64,000 bases of DNA from contig OX597816.1 of the NCBI GenBank assembly GCA_951406725.2, positions 112,220,001-112,284,000 of the forward strand, written 5' to 3'. The translations under genes and the position numbers were made by a program. Each line of letters starts with the position of its first letter. Position 1 is the stretch's first letter. Shown piece by piece: positions 25,824-39,125 of this stretch. Under the pieces are notes generated by a model. The model saw only the letters and a list, made by a program, of their open reading frames with translations, had not been told where the DNA came from and did no database searches. The DNA comes from Octopus vulgaris. Its lineage: Eukaryota.

Positions 25824-27104
25824 GATATAGTTATTGGCCAAGCTCTTCATGAAGATTACACTCCCATCATATTTTAGTTGGGAAGGTTAGGCAGCTTTCT
25901 TCTGCTGAGAGATACATTGTGCCTATGTCAGACATCATTGTTTATATTATCATAGTTGTGAAGGCAGTGAGCTGGCTGTATTGTTAGTACACTGGGTGAA
26001 ATGCTTAGTGGAATTTCGTCCATGTTCTGAGTTCAAATTCCACCGAGGTCGGCTTTACCTTTCATTTTTTTCAGAGCCAATAAAATAAGCACCAGTTGAG
26101 TACTGTGGTTGATATAATTGACTAACTCTCTTCCCCAAAATTGCTGGTCTTGTGCCAAGATTTGAAATCTATATTATCATGGTGGAGAAGGGACAGAAGA
26201 TTGTCAGAATCAACAGAACACTGGAAAAATACTTTGGTTTCTGATTTTGTTTCTCAGTCATTAGATTCAACTCTGATTACCATTCTTTTGTGGTTGTTTA
26301 AAGAGCACCATTCAAGTACTGGACTCAATGTAATCTACTAAAACTCTCCCAATAAAATCTCAGGCCTGCAGCCTATATTAAAAGTAATTATTGTGAATGG
26401 TGGCTGTCACAAACAGAAGTGCACCAAACAGAAAATCTTGTGGTAGCTAGTTATGTCTCTTAATATTCTGAGTGGAAAGATACGACTTTGCTTTCCATCC
26501 AGAAGTACTAGTGAAGTACCAGAATCTGTTTAATCAATTGCAATCTCCTTATTGTTTGTGTTTGTGCTAACCATTAATAATATTATTGAGTCAACAGAAT
26601 GTCTCATTGTGTTAATCACATAGTCTGCATTTTGTATTAATCTCTTATTTCATTATTTTATTCTTATATTATTCTTATACTATTAACCATATGCTGTTAG
26701 AATCAAATCTTCTGTTTCTACTTTTAGAGTAGAGCTTTTAAGCTATTGTTGGTTTACCCTTCCGGCATACTTCCTTTCTGTCAAGTTTTGTCATTCATTT
26801 GTTCATCTAAAATCTGCTTTACCTTAAAATCATTGACTGGGAGAAGCACTTATTTGAAATAACATTTTACAGCAGGATGCCATTTCTGTCACCAACACCT
26901 TGCCTGTTTCGAGTGAACAGTGAGTGATTGTAATAACAATAATGAATGTAAACATCATATCACTACCTCACTCAGACAGTGACAAGTGAAACTGACAGTG
27001 AAATCTGAACATTTATGCACATGCACAAATATACACATATACAAGCACACACACACACACAAATACAAACACATACACACATACATCATTACGTGTGTGT
27101 GTGA

Positions 27105-27400
27105 AGACACATGGCTTAGTGGTTAGGATGTTGCACTCATGATCGCTAAATTGTGATTTCAATTCCTAAACCGGGTGGGGCATTGCGTTCTTGAGCAAAA
27201 CACTTTATTTCCTGTTGCTCTGTGATCACCTCGGCATCTGACACATAGTACACCTGTGCATCTGTTCAGGCAGCATCTATTTGATGAGGCAGGAGAGCAA
27301 ATGTATGGGACATACATATTTATCACAATAAACAAATCATTTGTGCAGGTCGTTCCGCAAAAGTTGAATGTTCATATATTGTCTTCGACTGCAGAATCTG
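27105..27400 (+). mobile_element. tRNA-derived SINE (family B)
   Basis: TGGCTTAGTGGTTAG A box, TTTCAATTCC B box, TTCTTGAGCAAAACACTT core. Confidence 0.7.
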
Positions 27401-27431
27401 TTATATATATATATATACATATATGTATATA

Positions 27432-27812
27432 CTAGCAGCTAGGCCTGGTTTCACCCGGTCAGTTTGGATGATGTGGCTGTAAAACCTGCTCTGTGTAAGC
27501 ATTCAACTTCTTTGGGCATGCTTACATTAACAAACAATTTTAGAATGACTTTTTTCTAAAATAACTGACCAACAAAAAGAAAAACAACCAAGAAATGGAA
27601 AATGTGTAGTTGTGAAGCAGACTTTTTAATCATGTGTGCCATACCTGGCCATCAAGTGGATTTTCTCCCATTTTTACGTTAATATATTTTGAAATTCCAT
27701 TTTGGTTTTGACTTTTGTTTGTTTAAGATTTTCAGCTGTTTTAACCTTATTGATGATCTTTTTCTGAAGACTAATTAGTTTCTGTTTGTAAATGATTGTT
27801 TCTTTATATAGA
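27432..27812 (-). mobile_element. Possible non-autonomous Helitron
   Basis: Minus strand ends CCGGGTGAAACCAGG hairpin...CTAG|T; possible 5' TCTATATAAAG at 27812. Confidence 0.4.
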
Positions 27813-27999
27813 GGGAAAGGTTGTTGTTGTCTTTTGTATTTCTATTGACTTATCACTTATTGATTTCCCTTTGCTTTCATCTAAATATTATTTAGTCCCA
27901 CACTCATTATTCTCTAATAGCTCTCTGTTTGAACTAAGCCCTATCCACAATGTGTGTAGAATTTTAATGTTTTATCTATATCGTTTTGGGGGTTATATA

Positions 28000-28407
28000 C
28001 ACACACTGAGCTTGAGGAGACCTATTGAGTCAAGTACATCAACATCAAAAAATCAAATGGAAATTGTAGTAGTGATAAATGTGCCAGTGGCACGTAAAAT
28101 ACAGCATCCGAACGTGGCTGATGCCAACGCCGCCTTGATTGGCTTCCATGCTGATGGCACGTAAAAACACCAACCGATCATGGCCATTGCCAGCATTGCC
28201 TGACACCTGTGCTGGTAGCATGTAAAAAGCACCCACTACACTCACAGAATGGTTGGCATTAGGAAAGGCATCCAGCTGTAGAAACACTGCCAGATCAGAC
28301 TGGAGCCTGGTGCAGCCTCCTGGCTTCCCAGACCCCAGTCGAAGCGTCCAACCCAAGCTAGCATGGAAAACAGATGTTAAACGATGATGATGATGATGAT
28401 GATGATG
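28000..28407 (+). mobile_element. RTE 3' UTR fragment with repeat units and (ATG)n tail
   Basis: Reverse-orientation homolog of the 5591-5900 region. Confidence 0.85.
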
Positions 28408-28409
28408 TT

Positions 28410-29180
28410 TTTGGGGTTATGACTTCAGAAGTAGCTTCTGAGTTTCTACGCCTAGTATCTTCAATTCACTTAGCTTCCACTGTTATTTCTTTGATGTAGT
28501 ATTTATAACTGGGATGGCCAGTGTATTTATACCTCTATTTCTCCTCTAGCACTGAGTTTTCTTAATATTAGTCCAACACTTCTACTGTACTCTTTGAATT
28601 CTTCTTTCATTTCTATGTGCTGTTTCTTTCTGTTTCAACTTCTGGATATTTATATCACTGGTTTTTGTCTAACTCTTTAATTTCAGTGTCTGGATCTAAT
28701 TTAATGTTCCCAGTTTCAGTTAATTTGATTCTTCTTATAGTATAGCTTTGTCACATTTGTCTGGTTGCCAACTCATTTTCATATATTGGCTAAATTTTTT
28801 GAACAACTTTAAATAAGATCTTCAACTGGGAAATGACCCTTGTAAATAGTTCTAAGTCATCCATATAGTGCTAATAGTACATAATTTTGCTATTGCATTT
28901 CTAATGTAGGTGATTTCATTCAGTAGATTTATTAATAGTATCAGAGTAAGCCAGAAGAGTAGACAGAATAAGAATGCTCCTTTAAAGATACATCTTATTA
29001 TGTGTACAAGGCTGTTTCAGTAATTTTCTTTGCTCTGGGGTGATATTGTTTTCTGTTTTGAAATGGCATGGTTGATGTATTGTTTAGTATTGAATTTTCT
29101 GTCTTTATCAGTGTGTTTCCCGTATTGAAGTGTGTGGTATGCTATCAAATGCTGTCTGTAATCAACCTATACCATCAGCT
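28410..29180 (-). pseudogene. Decayed R4-like RT fragment
   Basis: Minus-strand DSIPHT, IFKG and YMDDLELFT motifs with many disruptions. Confidence 0.55.
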
Positions 29181-29487
29181 CTTTACATTTTGAGTCCAAA
29201 TCCTGCTGAGGCCAGCTCGCTTTTCATCACTCAAGTACCAATGAAATAAAGTAATAATCAAGTACTGGGGTCAATGGTGTCAATTAACCGATTTCCTTCA
29301 AAACTGCTGACCTTGTGCCTACATTATAAACAATTATTATTGTTGCTATTATTTTTATTAAACCATTTGAAGGCGGTAATCTGGCAGGGTCATTAGCACA
29401 CTGGATGAAATGCTTAGCGGTATTTCACTAATTGTTATGTACTGTGTTCGAATTCCACCAAGGTTGACTTTGCCTTTCATCCTTTTG

Positions 29488-29743
29488 AATAAATAAAAAT
29501 AAATGCACCCTCCTAAAGCCTAGCCAGGCTCATGGGCCCAATTTCCCAGTTTCAGTGGCATATGTGTTCCCCAGCTGGACGAGACACCAGTCCATCACAG
29601 CGTTACTCATTTTTGCCAGCTGAGTGGACTGGAGCAACGTGAAATGAAGTGTTTTGCTAAAGAACACAACGCGTCGTCCAGTCCAGGAATCAAAACCACA
29701 ATCTTACCATCTGACACCCTAACTACTAAGCCACGCACCTCCA
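29488..29743 (-). mobile_element. Family B SINE nested in a family A SINE, 15-bp TSD
   Basis: TSD CCTTTCATCCTTTTG at 29473-29487 and 29744-29758. Confidence 0.85.
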
Positions 29744-29989
29744 CCTTTCATCCTTTTGGGGTCAATAAATTAAGTACCTGTGAAATTTTGGGATCGATGT
29801 AATCGATAGTCCCCTCTCCCAAAATTTCAGGCCTTGTGCCTGTAATAGAAAGGATTATTAAACCATTTGTCAGGCTTGATTGTCAGGAGTGTGACATGCC
29901 AACAAAGTTTCAATTCAGTTTTTGAGGAAATGGAACTGGTATATTGTACTCAGTTCAAAGCAGATGTGTATGGGCTTGCATCAGCACTT

Positions 29990-30620
29990 TTCTCAACTCT
30001 TTGAGGTAAAAGATGGTTCAGAAATGGTAATGTACTTTAGTGCCTGTTTCAAAGGCCTGCAATGGCTCTTGACAAAAGAGAAAAGTCACAGCAACTGAAT
30101 GCAGGAGGTAATGAGCAGCAGTTGCATGAAGGACAAATCACCTGGTTTGGATGGTCTACCCTGAGCTTCATAGTAACATATCAAACTTGTTTGATGATCT
30201 ATTAGCAAAGGTATTCCACAATGGGCAATTGAACAGGAGAAATCTGAGTTCTATCAATAGAAGTTTGCTAACACTGATTGAAAGAACACCAAGAAAAGGT
30301 TGTTATAGATAATAATTTTCAGCCCATAACTCAGTTAATTACAAAATTCAATATTTTGGTCATGGTGCAAGCAAAGAGACAGAAGCTTGTCATCCTTGGT
30401 TCAGTTATAAAAATGCAAACATGTGTGTAACCTCCAATATATTCATCTATGAGAACTTCCATCTCATGTGATACATCAATTTTGAGGTGGAAAACAATCC
30501 AGGCATTTGTGAGACCCTGGTAGGTTTAGATCAGTCAAAAACTTCTAATAATTTTGACCATTCTTAGCTGCAGTCATAATAGCAGCCAGTTTTTGACTCA
30601 TTTTAAGAAGCTAGATCACA
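29990..30620 (+). pseudogene. Decayed Tx1/L1 RT fragment
   Basis: KDKSPGLDGLP, NFQPIT and LDQSK..FDH motifs. Confidence 0.6.
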
Positions 30621-30654
30621 GCAATACACCTTAGTACTTTCATGGAATGTGACC

Positions 30655-31410
30655 AAATGAAGTTCATTTTCTTAACATAGTTCCTATTACTGTCCACACA
30701 CTTCCATCAGTGTTACAGTGCTTGGATTGTATTGATGAAGAAGCCATCCTGTAGGTCAAAAATGTCATCATCAGCAGTAGACAAAATGTCATCATCACAG
30801 TGATACTGGTGCCCAACCAAGTGTTTTTTCAAGTTGGGAAACAGGCTTTAGTCAGATGGAACCAAATCATTAAAATAGAGAGGATGATCAACCAGTTCAA
30901 AGCCAGTCATACAGAGCAGCCATTAAAACCAAGGACTCATATGCTGAAGCATTGTCCTAATGAAACAAAACACCCTTCATCAGTTTTTCTAGGTGTTTAA
31001 TCTTGATAGCCTTTCGTAATTGCCTTAGCAAGTTGGCATAGAATTCTCTACTGATGGTGTGATCATTTTGAAGGTAGTCAATAAACACAGTGCCTTTTAC
31101 ATTCCAAAAAACTGAGGCCATCACTTTCCCTGCTGATGAAACGACATTGCCTTCTTTGGAGCAGACAAAGAGGAGTATTTCTACTGCATGGATTGCCTCT
31201 TTGTTTCTGGTTTAAAGCAATGAAGCCAAGACATATCCTAGGTTAGAAAACGTTCAAGGAAACAAGCTGGATCTGCCCTAAACAATATCAGATATTCCTG
31301 TAATGTGATCAGCCTGGCGCATGTTTGATCAAGTGTCAGAAGACGTGGGACTCACCAATCAGAAACCTTCGTCATGCTAAGTTCATTGTGCAGAATATTC
31401 TCCACTCTCC
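30655..31410 (-). pseudogene. Decayed mariner transposase
   Basis: GFELVDHPLYFNDLVPSD..LFPNLKKHL and WKCVDS..YVKK (YSPDLAPSD-like region). Confidence 0.75.
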
Positions 31411-31559
31411 TGAAATGTTTCCACTCAAGATACTAGCACTATCAAATGAAAAGCAGCATAATTTTGAGTCAAACGAAATATTTAAGAGGCTAAAAACGTC
31501 CAGAATAACTTTAGTGCCCCTGAAGAGCAGTCAGGAGGATTATAAAAATTGAGATCATT

Positions 31560-33218
31560 AGTGGGTATCTAGGTCTTCAGAAGCATAACGGACAATAATT
31601 GATTCTTGTTCCATTCCAGAGCAATCAGTGGTGCCATCACATGTAATACCAATAAACATAGAATCTTTAACTTTTTTCTGATCTCATGCTGAACGTTATG
31701 AGCATATAAGATTTCATATCCTATGGTATCAGATAGAAAATTATCTCAATGTTTAAGCCACTGCAATGCGTTCTTCAGCAAGTTCTTTTACGAGATATAC
31801 GAAGTTTCCTGTGTCATGTTCATGTATTGTCTACCACAGAATCTGACTGCTTTGAAAACAAATTTTAATGCTCAATGAGCTACTTCTTGTTAGTGAACCG
31901 GCTGTTCATTCAGAGTCATGGATATGTTTGTCTTTGGCCTGTAGTGCTAACTGTTTTCATATGTTGACCATATGGGTATGTGCAGCGATTTTTCATGTAA
32001 TGTTGCTCCAGTTTCGTACACAAGGCAAGAAAACAGTTTCCTTAGGCGTTGAAATTCTGTTATCCCGAACTCCTTCGGCATAACAGTAGATAACAGCCAC
32101 GTGCTGAATATCATAATGAAGCCACAAGGCTTCCTTGAACCAGACTGGCAGTATGAGCGTTTCTTTGCATCATTGGAGAAGTTGAATATCTTTCCTGGCA
32201 CAAATCGTTTCTGTGATGTGCAAAATTTCGATGGCACTTCTTGACATATTCGAAGTACTTTATCAGTAATTTTTTTCACTGAATTGCATCTCTGCAATCT
32301 CTAAAGGTCCTGCTTTCTCATGACATGATTCAGTACCGAAGAAATCTGAAATTTTCTTCACTTTTGCTTCGGGTGAACTTGACATAGTATTCAGAACTGA
32401 TAATAAATGAAAGAAGTCAAAAAGTGCAAGTAGATCAACAATTTCATATTAAAAAAGTAGGAAATTTCTTAATTATTTTTTTTTAATTTATTAAAACTTA
32501 CTTTTTTGACATCGTTATCCGACAGAAAAATTGAATTTCTTTTTTCGTTTAACAACTTTAAAATTCATCACACTTCAAAAAAAAAAAAAAAAAAAAACTA
32601 AAAACATTATGATATATATTTGCCTACTTTTTATTTGAATTAAATGAGTAACGTATAGTATATGTAATATGTGAAATATATTTTGAATATTAAAATGCTT
32701 AATTTTGGAAATATATCAAGCGCAGCAAACATAACCAGTAAAAATACAAATTGCAAGTATTTCAAAATGTGGGACACATAACGAAAACTAACAAAACAAT
32801 AAAGAAAGAAAATAGTGGTGCTTGTGTCTCAAACGTACAATAAGAGATGTTCAGGAGAAGGATAGAAACATGAGGTTGAAGCGAAGAAAGAGGGAAATAA
32901 AGATAGACAGTAGGTAACTGAGAGAAATGAACTCAATCTTTCTAGCGTCAGCGTTGAATGAACACTGATGAGCGACGAATGAGCGGCGACAGTCAGCGAC
33001 GATGGAACGCTGATGTTACAGTCGGGAATTTCGTGTTCAGTATTTTGTTGGTCGATTAGCGTATCACGGGGCGGAGGATATGACCATACATCGATCCACG
33101 GAGGAAAGTAACCTTTCATCGCAGCATGACTGAAAGGCATGTTGGGGCTGACCATTGAGGCCCTTCCACATCTTCATGACCACCAAGTTTTACGGTGCCC
33201 GGCTGCCGTATGGTACTG
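31560..33218 (-). mobile_element. hAT transposon 5' portion with decayed ZMYM1/DUF4371-type transposase (~31560-32400)
   Basis: SWFKEALWLHYD (TTF-type zinc finger region) and SMFIGITCDGTTDCSGMEQESIIVRY (first catalytic Asp); CpG-rich subterminal region; possible terminus CAGTACCATACGG at 33218. Confidence 0.7.
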
Positions 33219-33525
33219 TCAATTGATTTAGTAGGCATTGTGTGTATTCACAATGTTTCCCTGTAGAACTGGGTCATTCAACCAAGGCTGCACCTGTCAA
33301 TAAGTCCAAGGACCACTCAGGCTCCTATTAAGGTGGTGAGCTGGCAAAATCATTAGAACGCTGGGTAAACTGCTTAGCTGTATTTCGTCTGCCTTGATGT
33401 TCTGAGTTCAAATTGCACCAAGGTCGACTTCACCTTTCATCATCACCCTCCCCAAAATTTCAGGCCTTGTGCCTTCAGTAGAAAGGATTATTATTATTAT
33501 CATTATTATCATTATTATTATTATT

Positions 33526-34247
33526 CAGTAGTTTTATTTTTATAGCGTGCTTTCACTTCACTACCGACCGCAGCTCTGTGTGCCTTGGGTATGTGCTGTG
33601 ATTTGTTGTGATGCTCTGATGGTTATTTTATGGAAAGTGTTCTGCGTAGGATGTGTGCAGTGCCTAGTAGTGCAATTTTCTGTATGTTATATGTGTTTGT
33701 AAGTCCTGGTGTTTTTGTTATGTATTTGTCTGAATATTTTTTTATCATGCCTAATGCACCTACTATGATAGCAATTGTTTTTGTTTTTAGATTCCACATT
33801 CTGGTTACCTCTATTTCCAGGTCTTTGTATTTTGAAAGTTTCTCCATTTCTTTTAGAGACACGTTGTCATCTGCCGGTATTGATACATCAATTAGAAAGC
33901 ATTTTTTTCTTCATGATCTCTGACAACTATATCTGGTCTGTTGGCCTTAATTTCTCTATCTGTGTGTATCGGCATATCCCAGAGTATGGTTGCTTTCTCG
34001 TTTTCTGTGACCTTTTCTGGTGTGTGCCTATACCATCTTTTTTCTGTTGTTATTCCATAATGTTGGCATAGCTTCCAGTGTATGTAGGTTCCAACTCTGT
34101 CATGTCTGTGAATATATTCCTTCTTAGCCAGGACTGGGCAGCCAGAGATAATATGATTTATTGTTTCTTGTCCATCTCCACATATTCTGCAGTTACTTGT
34201 TATATTTCTTTTCATTACATGTTTTTGGTAATTTCTGGTGGGGAGGC
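33526..34247 (-). mobile_element. 5'-truncated R4/Dong-clade element in (TAA)n
   Basis: CRIC..ETINHIISGC, RHD, RPDIVV, KLSKYKDL, IVGALG with one frameshift; ATT repeats on both flanks. Confidence 0.92.
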
Positions 34248-34994
34248 TTATTATTATTATTATTATTATTATCATTATTATTATTATTCAAGTGTCAAAT
34301 TAGGTACTGTAGATGTGTGAGTGACCTATTTTTGATTCCCAGCTGTTTTAATTTCAATTATGATTTTAATCCTTTTAAGAGAAAAATGTTAACATTGCAT
34401 GCTCTCTGTCTCTTCTCTTTATGATATAATATACCCATGTAAGAAATCTTTGTTATTCAAATGAAAATACATCTACTCTCTTGTATCTCATGAGGGTTTC
34501 TTTTAAGAGAAGCAGTTCCTTACTTTATCGCATATTTTCCATTTTAATGAGCTCAAATTTATTGCTTCCCAGATTTTGAGAGTAGCTACTAAATAAACTA
34601 TCACAGTAATTAGCCAATGAAAAATCCTCCATATGTTTGCCTGATCTGTTAAAAATGCCCCTCAAAGCACACCATAAAAATTGCTGGAAGCCAGAAGAAG
34701 ATGATGAACAGTGATTTGGCTACCTCTGCTGTATCAGCCTCCAACTGATGTCAGAGAGTGTTACAGTTCAGGGTTAAAACATCCAAAAGTAAATGGATAC
34801 TGTCTGATGACATCAGTTCCTCCTGGCAAAAGCCCCATTCACTTTGGTGAATGGAAAAGAAGAACCTTCTTTTAGGTGTTATTAAAAGCAGGACTTATTG
34901 GTCAATGCCATCCAAGATATTACAAAATGATGATATGGTCGTGAGCTAGAATGTCTTTGATCAATATATCTGCTCAGTCAGGTTTGGCTTTTCT

Positions 34995-35640
34995 CATCAT
35001 CATCATCATCGTTTAATGTCCGCTTTCCATGCTAGCATGGGTTGGACGATTTGACTGAGGACTGGTGAACCAGATGGCTGCACCAGGCTCCAATCTTGAT
35101 CTGGCAGAGTTTCTACAGCTGGATGCCCTTCCTAATGCCAACCACTCCAAGAGTGTAGTTGGTGCTTTTACGTGCCACTGGCACGAGGGCCAGTCAGGCA
35201 GTACTGGTAACGGCCATGCTCAAATGGTGTTTTTTACGTGCCACCTGCATAGGAGCCAGTCCAGCGGCACTGGCAACAACCTTGCTCGAATGTCTTTTCA
35301 CGTGCCACTTGCACAAGTACCAGTGAGGCAACGCTTGTAACAATCATGCTCGAATAGTGCTTTTTACATGCCACCTGCATGGAAGCCAGTCAGCTGCTCT
35401 GGCAATGATCATGCTTGGATAATGCTCTTAGCACTCCACAAGCACGAATGCCAGTCATCAAATTTGATTTCAATTTCACTTGCCTCAACTGGTCTTTGCA
35501 AGCAGAGTTTAGTGTCCAATGAAGGAAAGATACGCATAAGTGGGCTGGTTACACCCCTGGCATAGGTCACGAGGTTATGGTCTCATTTGGCTTGCCGAGT
35601 CTTCTCAAGCACAGCATATTTCCAAAAGTTTTGGTCACTA
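34995..35640 (-). mobile_element. Older RTE subfamily 3' end with 4-5 diverged UTR repeat units
   Basis: (ATG)n tail, GGATGCCCTTCCTAA motif, repeated GTGCCAC..GCAC / GCCAG..CTGGC units, end of ORF near 35600. Confidence 0.85.
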
Positions 35641-37016
35641 GGCCAAATAACATTAACATCTATAAAACAATAATACCAATGACAGTGATTTTAATTTAGT
35701 TTATTATGCTATGCTTTCTATATTTTAATACTTTGAAATTGATATTCATCATTGGTTAAATTAGATGATTTCTCTATGATTACATGTTGCATTGATTACT
35801 GAATTTAAATAAGTAACCCTCTAAATATTGATTTTAAATTTTGGCACAGGGTCATGGGAGGAGGTAAGTCAATTACATCAACCCCACTGCTTGACTGATA
35901 CTCTTTTTATTGACCCCAAAAGGATGAAAGGCAATGTCTCAGTGGAATTTGAACATAAAGTTGGAAGAAATACCACTAAGCATTTTGCCTGGTGTACTAA
36001 CGATTCTGCCAGCTCACTGCCTTAAGAAACTTTCTAAATACTGGTTTCAAATTTTAGCACAAGGCCAGCAATTTCGAGGTTATGTCAATTACGTCAATCC
36101 CAGTGCTCAACTGGTACTTATTTTATTAACCCCAAAAGGATGAAAGACAAAATCAACCTTGGTGGAATTTGAACTCAGAACGTAAGGACGAGCAAAATGT
36201 CACAAAGCATTATAACTGAGCATGCTAACAATTCAGCCTGCTCACTGCCTTAGATAACCTTCTAAATATTAAAAGAGATACTTTTTCTAAGATCATTTGC
36301 ATCATTAGTCTGTTTCATTTACTATCTGGCCACCATACATTTTATTCTCCAACTTTCAGACAAAGTTTTCTGAAAATAAGTGAATGTTGTTTATAAGCAA
36401 TCATCCAATCTTTGACTTTCATCTATTTTCCTGTCCCCTCTTGCCTTTTCTATTTAGTTATTCTGAAATTAATTATCCAAGTGAACCAAATTCTATATTT
36501 CTCTTGAGTTTTACTCTTATTTTTTTAATTCAATTTTATTTTTTTCTCCATAATAGTTTGTGCATATTTTGTTTATTTTCATACAGGTACTGCACTAGGA
36601 ACTTTTTATCAACAACTCTTATCTTATTTCATAGCACAACGATATGATCAGCTTTCCTATTGCATTAAACTGTTCACGTTTTTTAGTTTTTAATTTTTCT
36701 CATAATTCACCCATACATACAACATATTCTGCCCTGTATCACACTTTAACTATATTATGTTGAAATAAATCTTTTAAATTGTTATGAAATACATTATTGC
36801 TGCTATTTTTACTCTTTTATAAATACTTTCAAAAATTTTTTTTAAATGGAATTTTAAACATTCTTTAGGGGTTTACATATTTTGTTTTTCCTTTTAATGA
36901 GGGATTCATATCACCAGTGTAGGGGTTCAATATAAATGATAACAAAATATTTTTGTGATTATTATTAGCAACATCATCATCATTATCATCATCAACATCA
37001 TCATCATCATTATCAC

Positions 37017-37051
<35 letters not shown>

Positions 37052-37961
37052 CCACTACCACCACCACCACCATCATAAATTTCATCATCATCATCATCAT
37101 TTAAATAGTTCTTTGCTTTATACCTGGTTTTTATTAGTTACTTTTTTTCTTTGTATTTGTTCCGTTCACGGTTGTTGTTTTGTGTTTTTTTCTTGGAGCT
37201 CTTTTAAAGGTTATACCTGTTCATGTTTAAGTAATTAGCAGCACAAACTGTTTGATATGATAATGTCAGAGGTAAGGAGTGTCATTAAAAGTAGAATATG
37301 CGTTAGAATCTCAGTCAATCAGAAGAAGTGTTGATGAGATCGATTCCAGCTGGTAGCATGGACTTTAATACAGAGGTAAAACCCCAAAAGTGCAAAAATG
37401 CCTAAAGGTAGAAATCATTCAAGAAGTTGAAGGAAATACAGTTGTTTATATAGTGGTTTCAAAGTTTGGCACAAGACCAGCAAATTCGGATGACAGGGGT
37501 GGGGCTAAGTCAATTAAGTCATCCCCAGTGTTCACCTGGTGCTTATTTTATTGACCTCAAGAGGACGAAAAGCAAAGTCAAATTTGATGAAATTTGAACA
37601 AATCTTGAAGATTGAATTGCCACTAAGTCTTTTGCCTTTCATTTTATGAAATAAGTACCAATTACACACTGGGGTTGATGTAATCGACTAGCACCTCCCC
37701 TGAAATTTCAGGCTTTGTGCATATAGTAGTAAAAATTGTTATCACTATTATGGTGGCAAGTTGGCAGAATTGCTAACATGTCAGACAAACTGTTTAGTGG
37801 CATTCCACCGAGATCAACTTTGCCCTTCATCCTTTCTAGGTCAATAAAATAAGCACCAGTTGAGCATTGGAATAAATGTAATTAACTTAGCCCTTCCCAC
37901 AAAATTGATGGCCTTGTGCCAAAACTTGAAACCATTATGATTATGATTATTATTATTATTA

Positions 37962-38490
37962 TTGAGTGAGAGAACAGTGCATGCCATCAAAGTGACACCG
38001 GTATAAAATATATGAAACCCAGTATACTCATCATGACAAGCCGTCCGATAAGGATACAACAGGCACATGCATCACAACAATATGTGTGCGACATGGTGTT
38101 TTCATATCAAAATAAACAGCGCATGACCTTGCAGGTGGAGCTCAATTAGAATTTCTTCAGGTTGAGTATCCCATCCCCTTCAAAAGGTCCTTAAATAAGG
38201 GTTGTTTAAGGATGTTGAACAAAACACCCATGTTTCCAGAGGTGAATTATTCAAACCCCAAAGAATTCCTCTCAACACATGGCTATGATGCTCCCCTGCC
38301 ACTTCTGCTCATGATCAGATATGCACATATCGTCAGCCACCAAGAGACATGCTCAACTGGTTAAGGTCAAATAACTGACAAACATATTTGTGTTACTGAG
38401 TAGAATATTTGTTGTAACCCATCTTTTATACCAAGACAAAACATGTACATGATAACACTCACAACCAGTTAAGATCAAAAGCCATGAGTG
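37962..38490 (-). repeat. Unclassified interspersed repeat with (TAA)n-type end; second partial copy at 16700-16880
   Basis: Shared CACATGCATCACAA...CATGACCTTGCAGGTGG...AAAAGGTCC...ATGTTTCCAG. Confidence 0.7.
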
Positions 38491-38789
38491 CTACAGAATT
38501 ATTAGTACACTGGACAAAATGCTTGGTGGTATTTCACCTGTTGCTATGTTCTGAGTTCAAATTCCACCAAGGTCAACTTTGCTTTTCATCCTTTTGGAGG
38601 GGTCAATAAATTAAATACCAGTGAAATACTGGATCAATATTATTGACTAGTCCCCCTCCCCAACAATTTCAGGCCTTGTGCCTATAGTAGAAAGGATTAT
38701 AATAATAATCATCATCATCATCATCATCATCATCATTATTATTATTATGATTATTATTATCATTATTATTAGTACTAAGGTGATTAGTT

Positions 38790-39125
38790 ATGGCCTCGTA
38801 ATATTCCAAAATGCAAAAATACAAATTAAACAAATTTAAAAGACTAAATATGTATTTTCAACCTGAAATTAATTATTAATCAAACCTACAATGTGTAAAT
38901 TTCCTCTAAATAATATTAAACCTAACCACAAAAAAATATTATTCAAATAGAAAGCCAAATGCTATGCTGCTATTTATATGCAAGCACTCAGCCCACCTAT
39001 CTTTATTCATTAAAAACTGAAACAGCAACAGAAGCCAGAAAATCTCCAAATATAATCAGACAAAACAATATTTGATGAAGCAACATGATACTTTAATGAA
39101 GCCTTAAGAACAAGGGGATTCAAAT
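38790..39125 (+). pseudogene. Decayed Penelope-like RT C-terminal fragment
   Basis: VNFL*I.LNL, RKPN...HS.H and FDEAT*YFNEALR..GF pattern typical of PLE RT thumb. Confidence 0.55.

Noticed and set aside
32829-33155. 108-aa ORF in the CpG-rich region
   Set aside because: No recognisable domain; better explained as hAT subterminal sequence.
36300-36950. Possible L1-like 3' relic (also a possible Penelope relic at 49250-50080 and an R4 relic at 22440-22880)
   Set aside because: Too decayed to support with clear motifs by eye.
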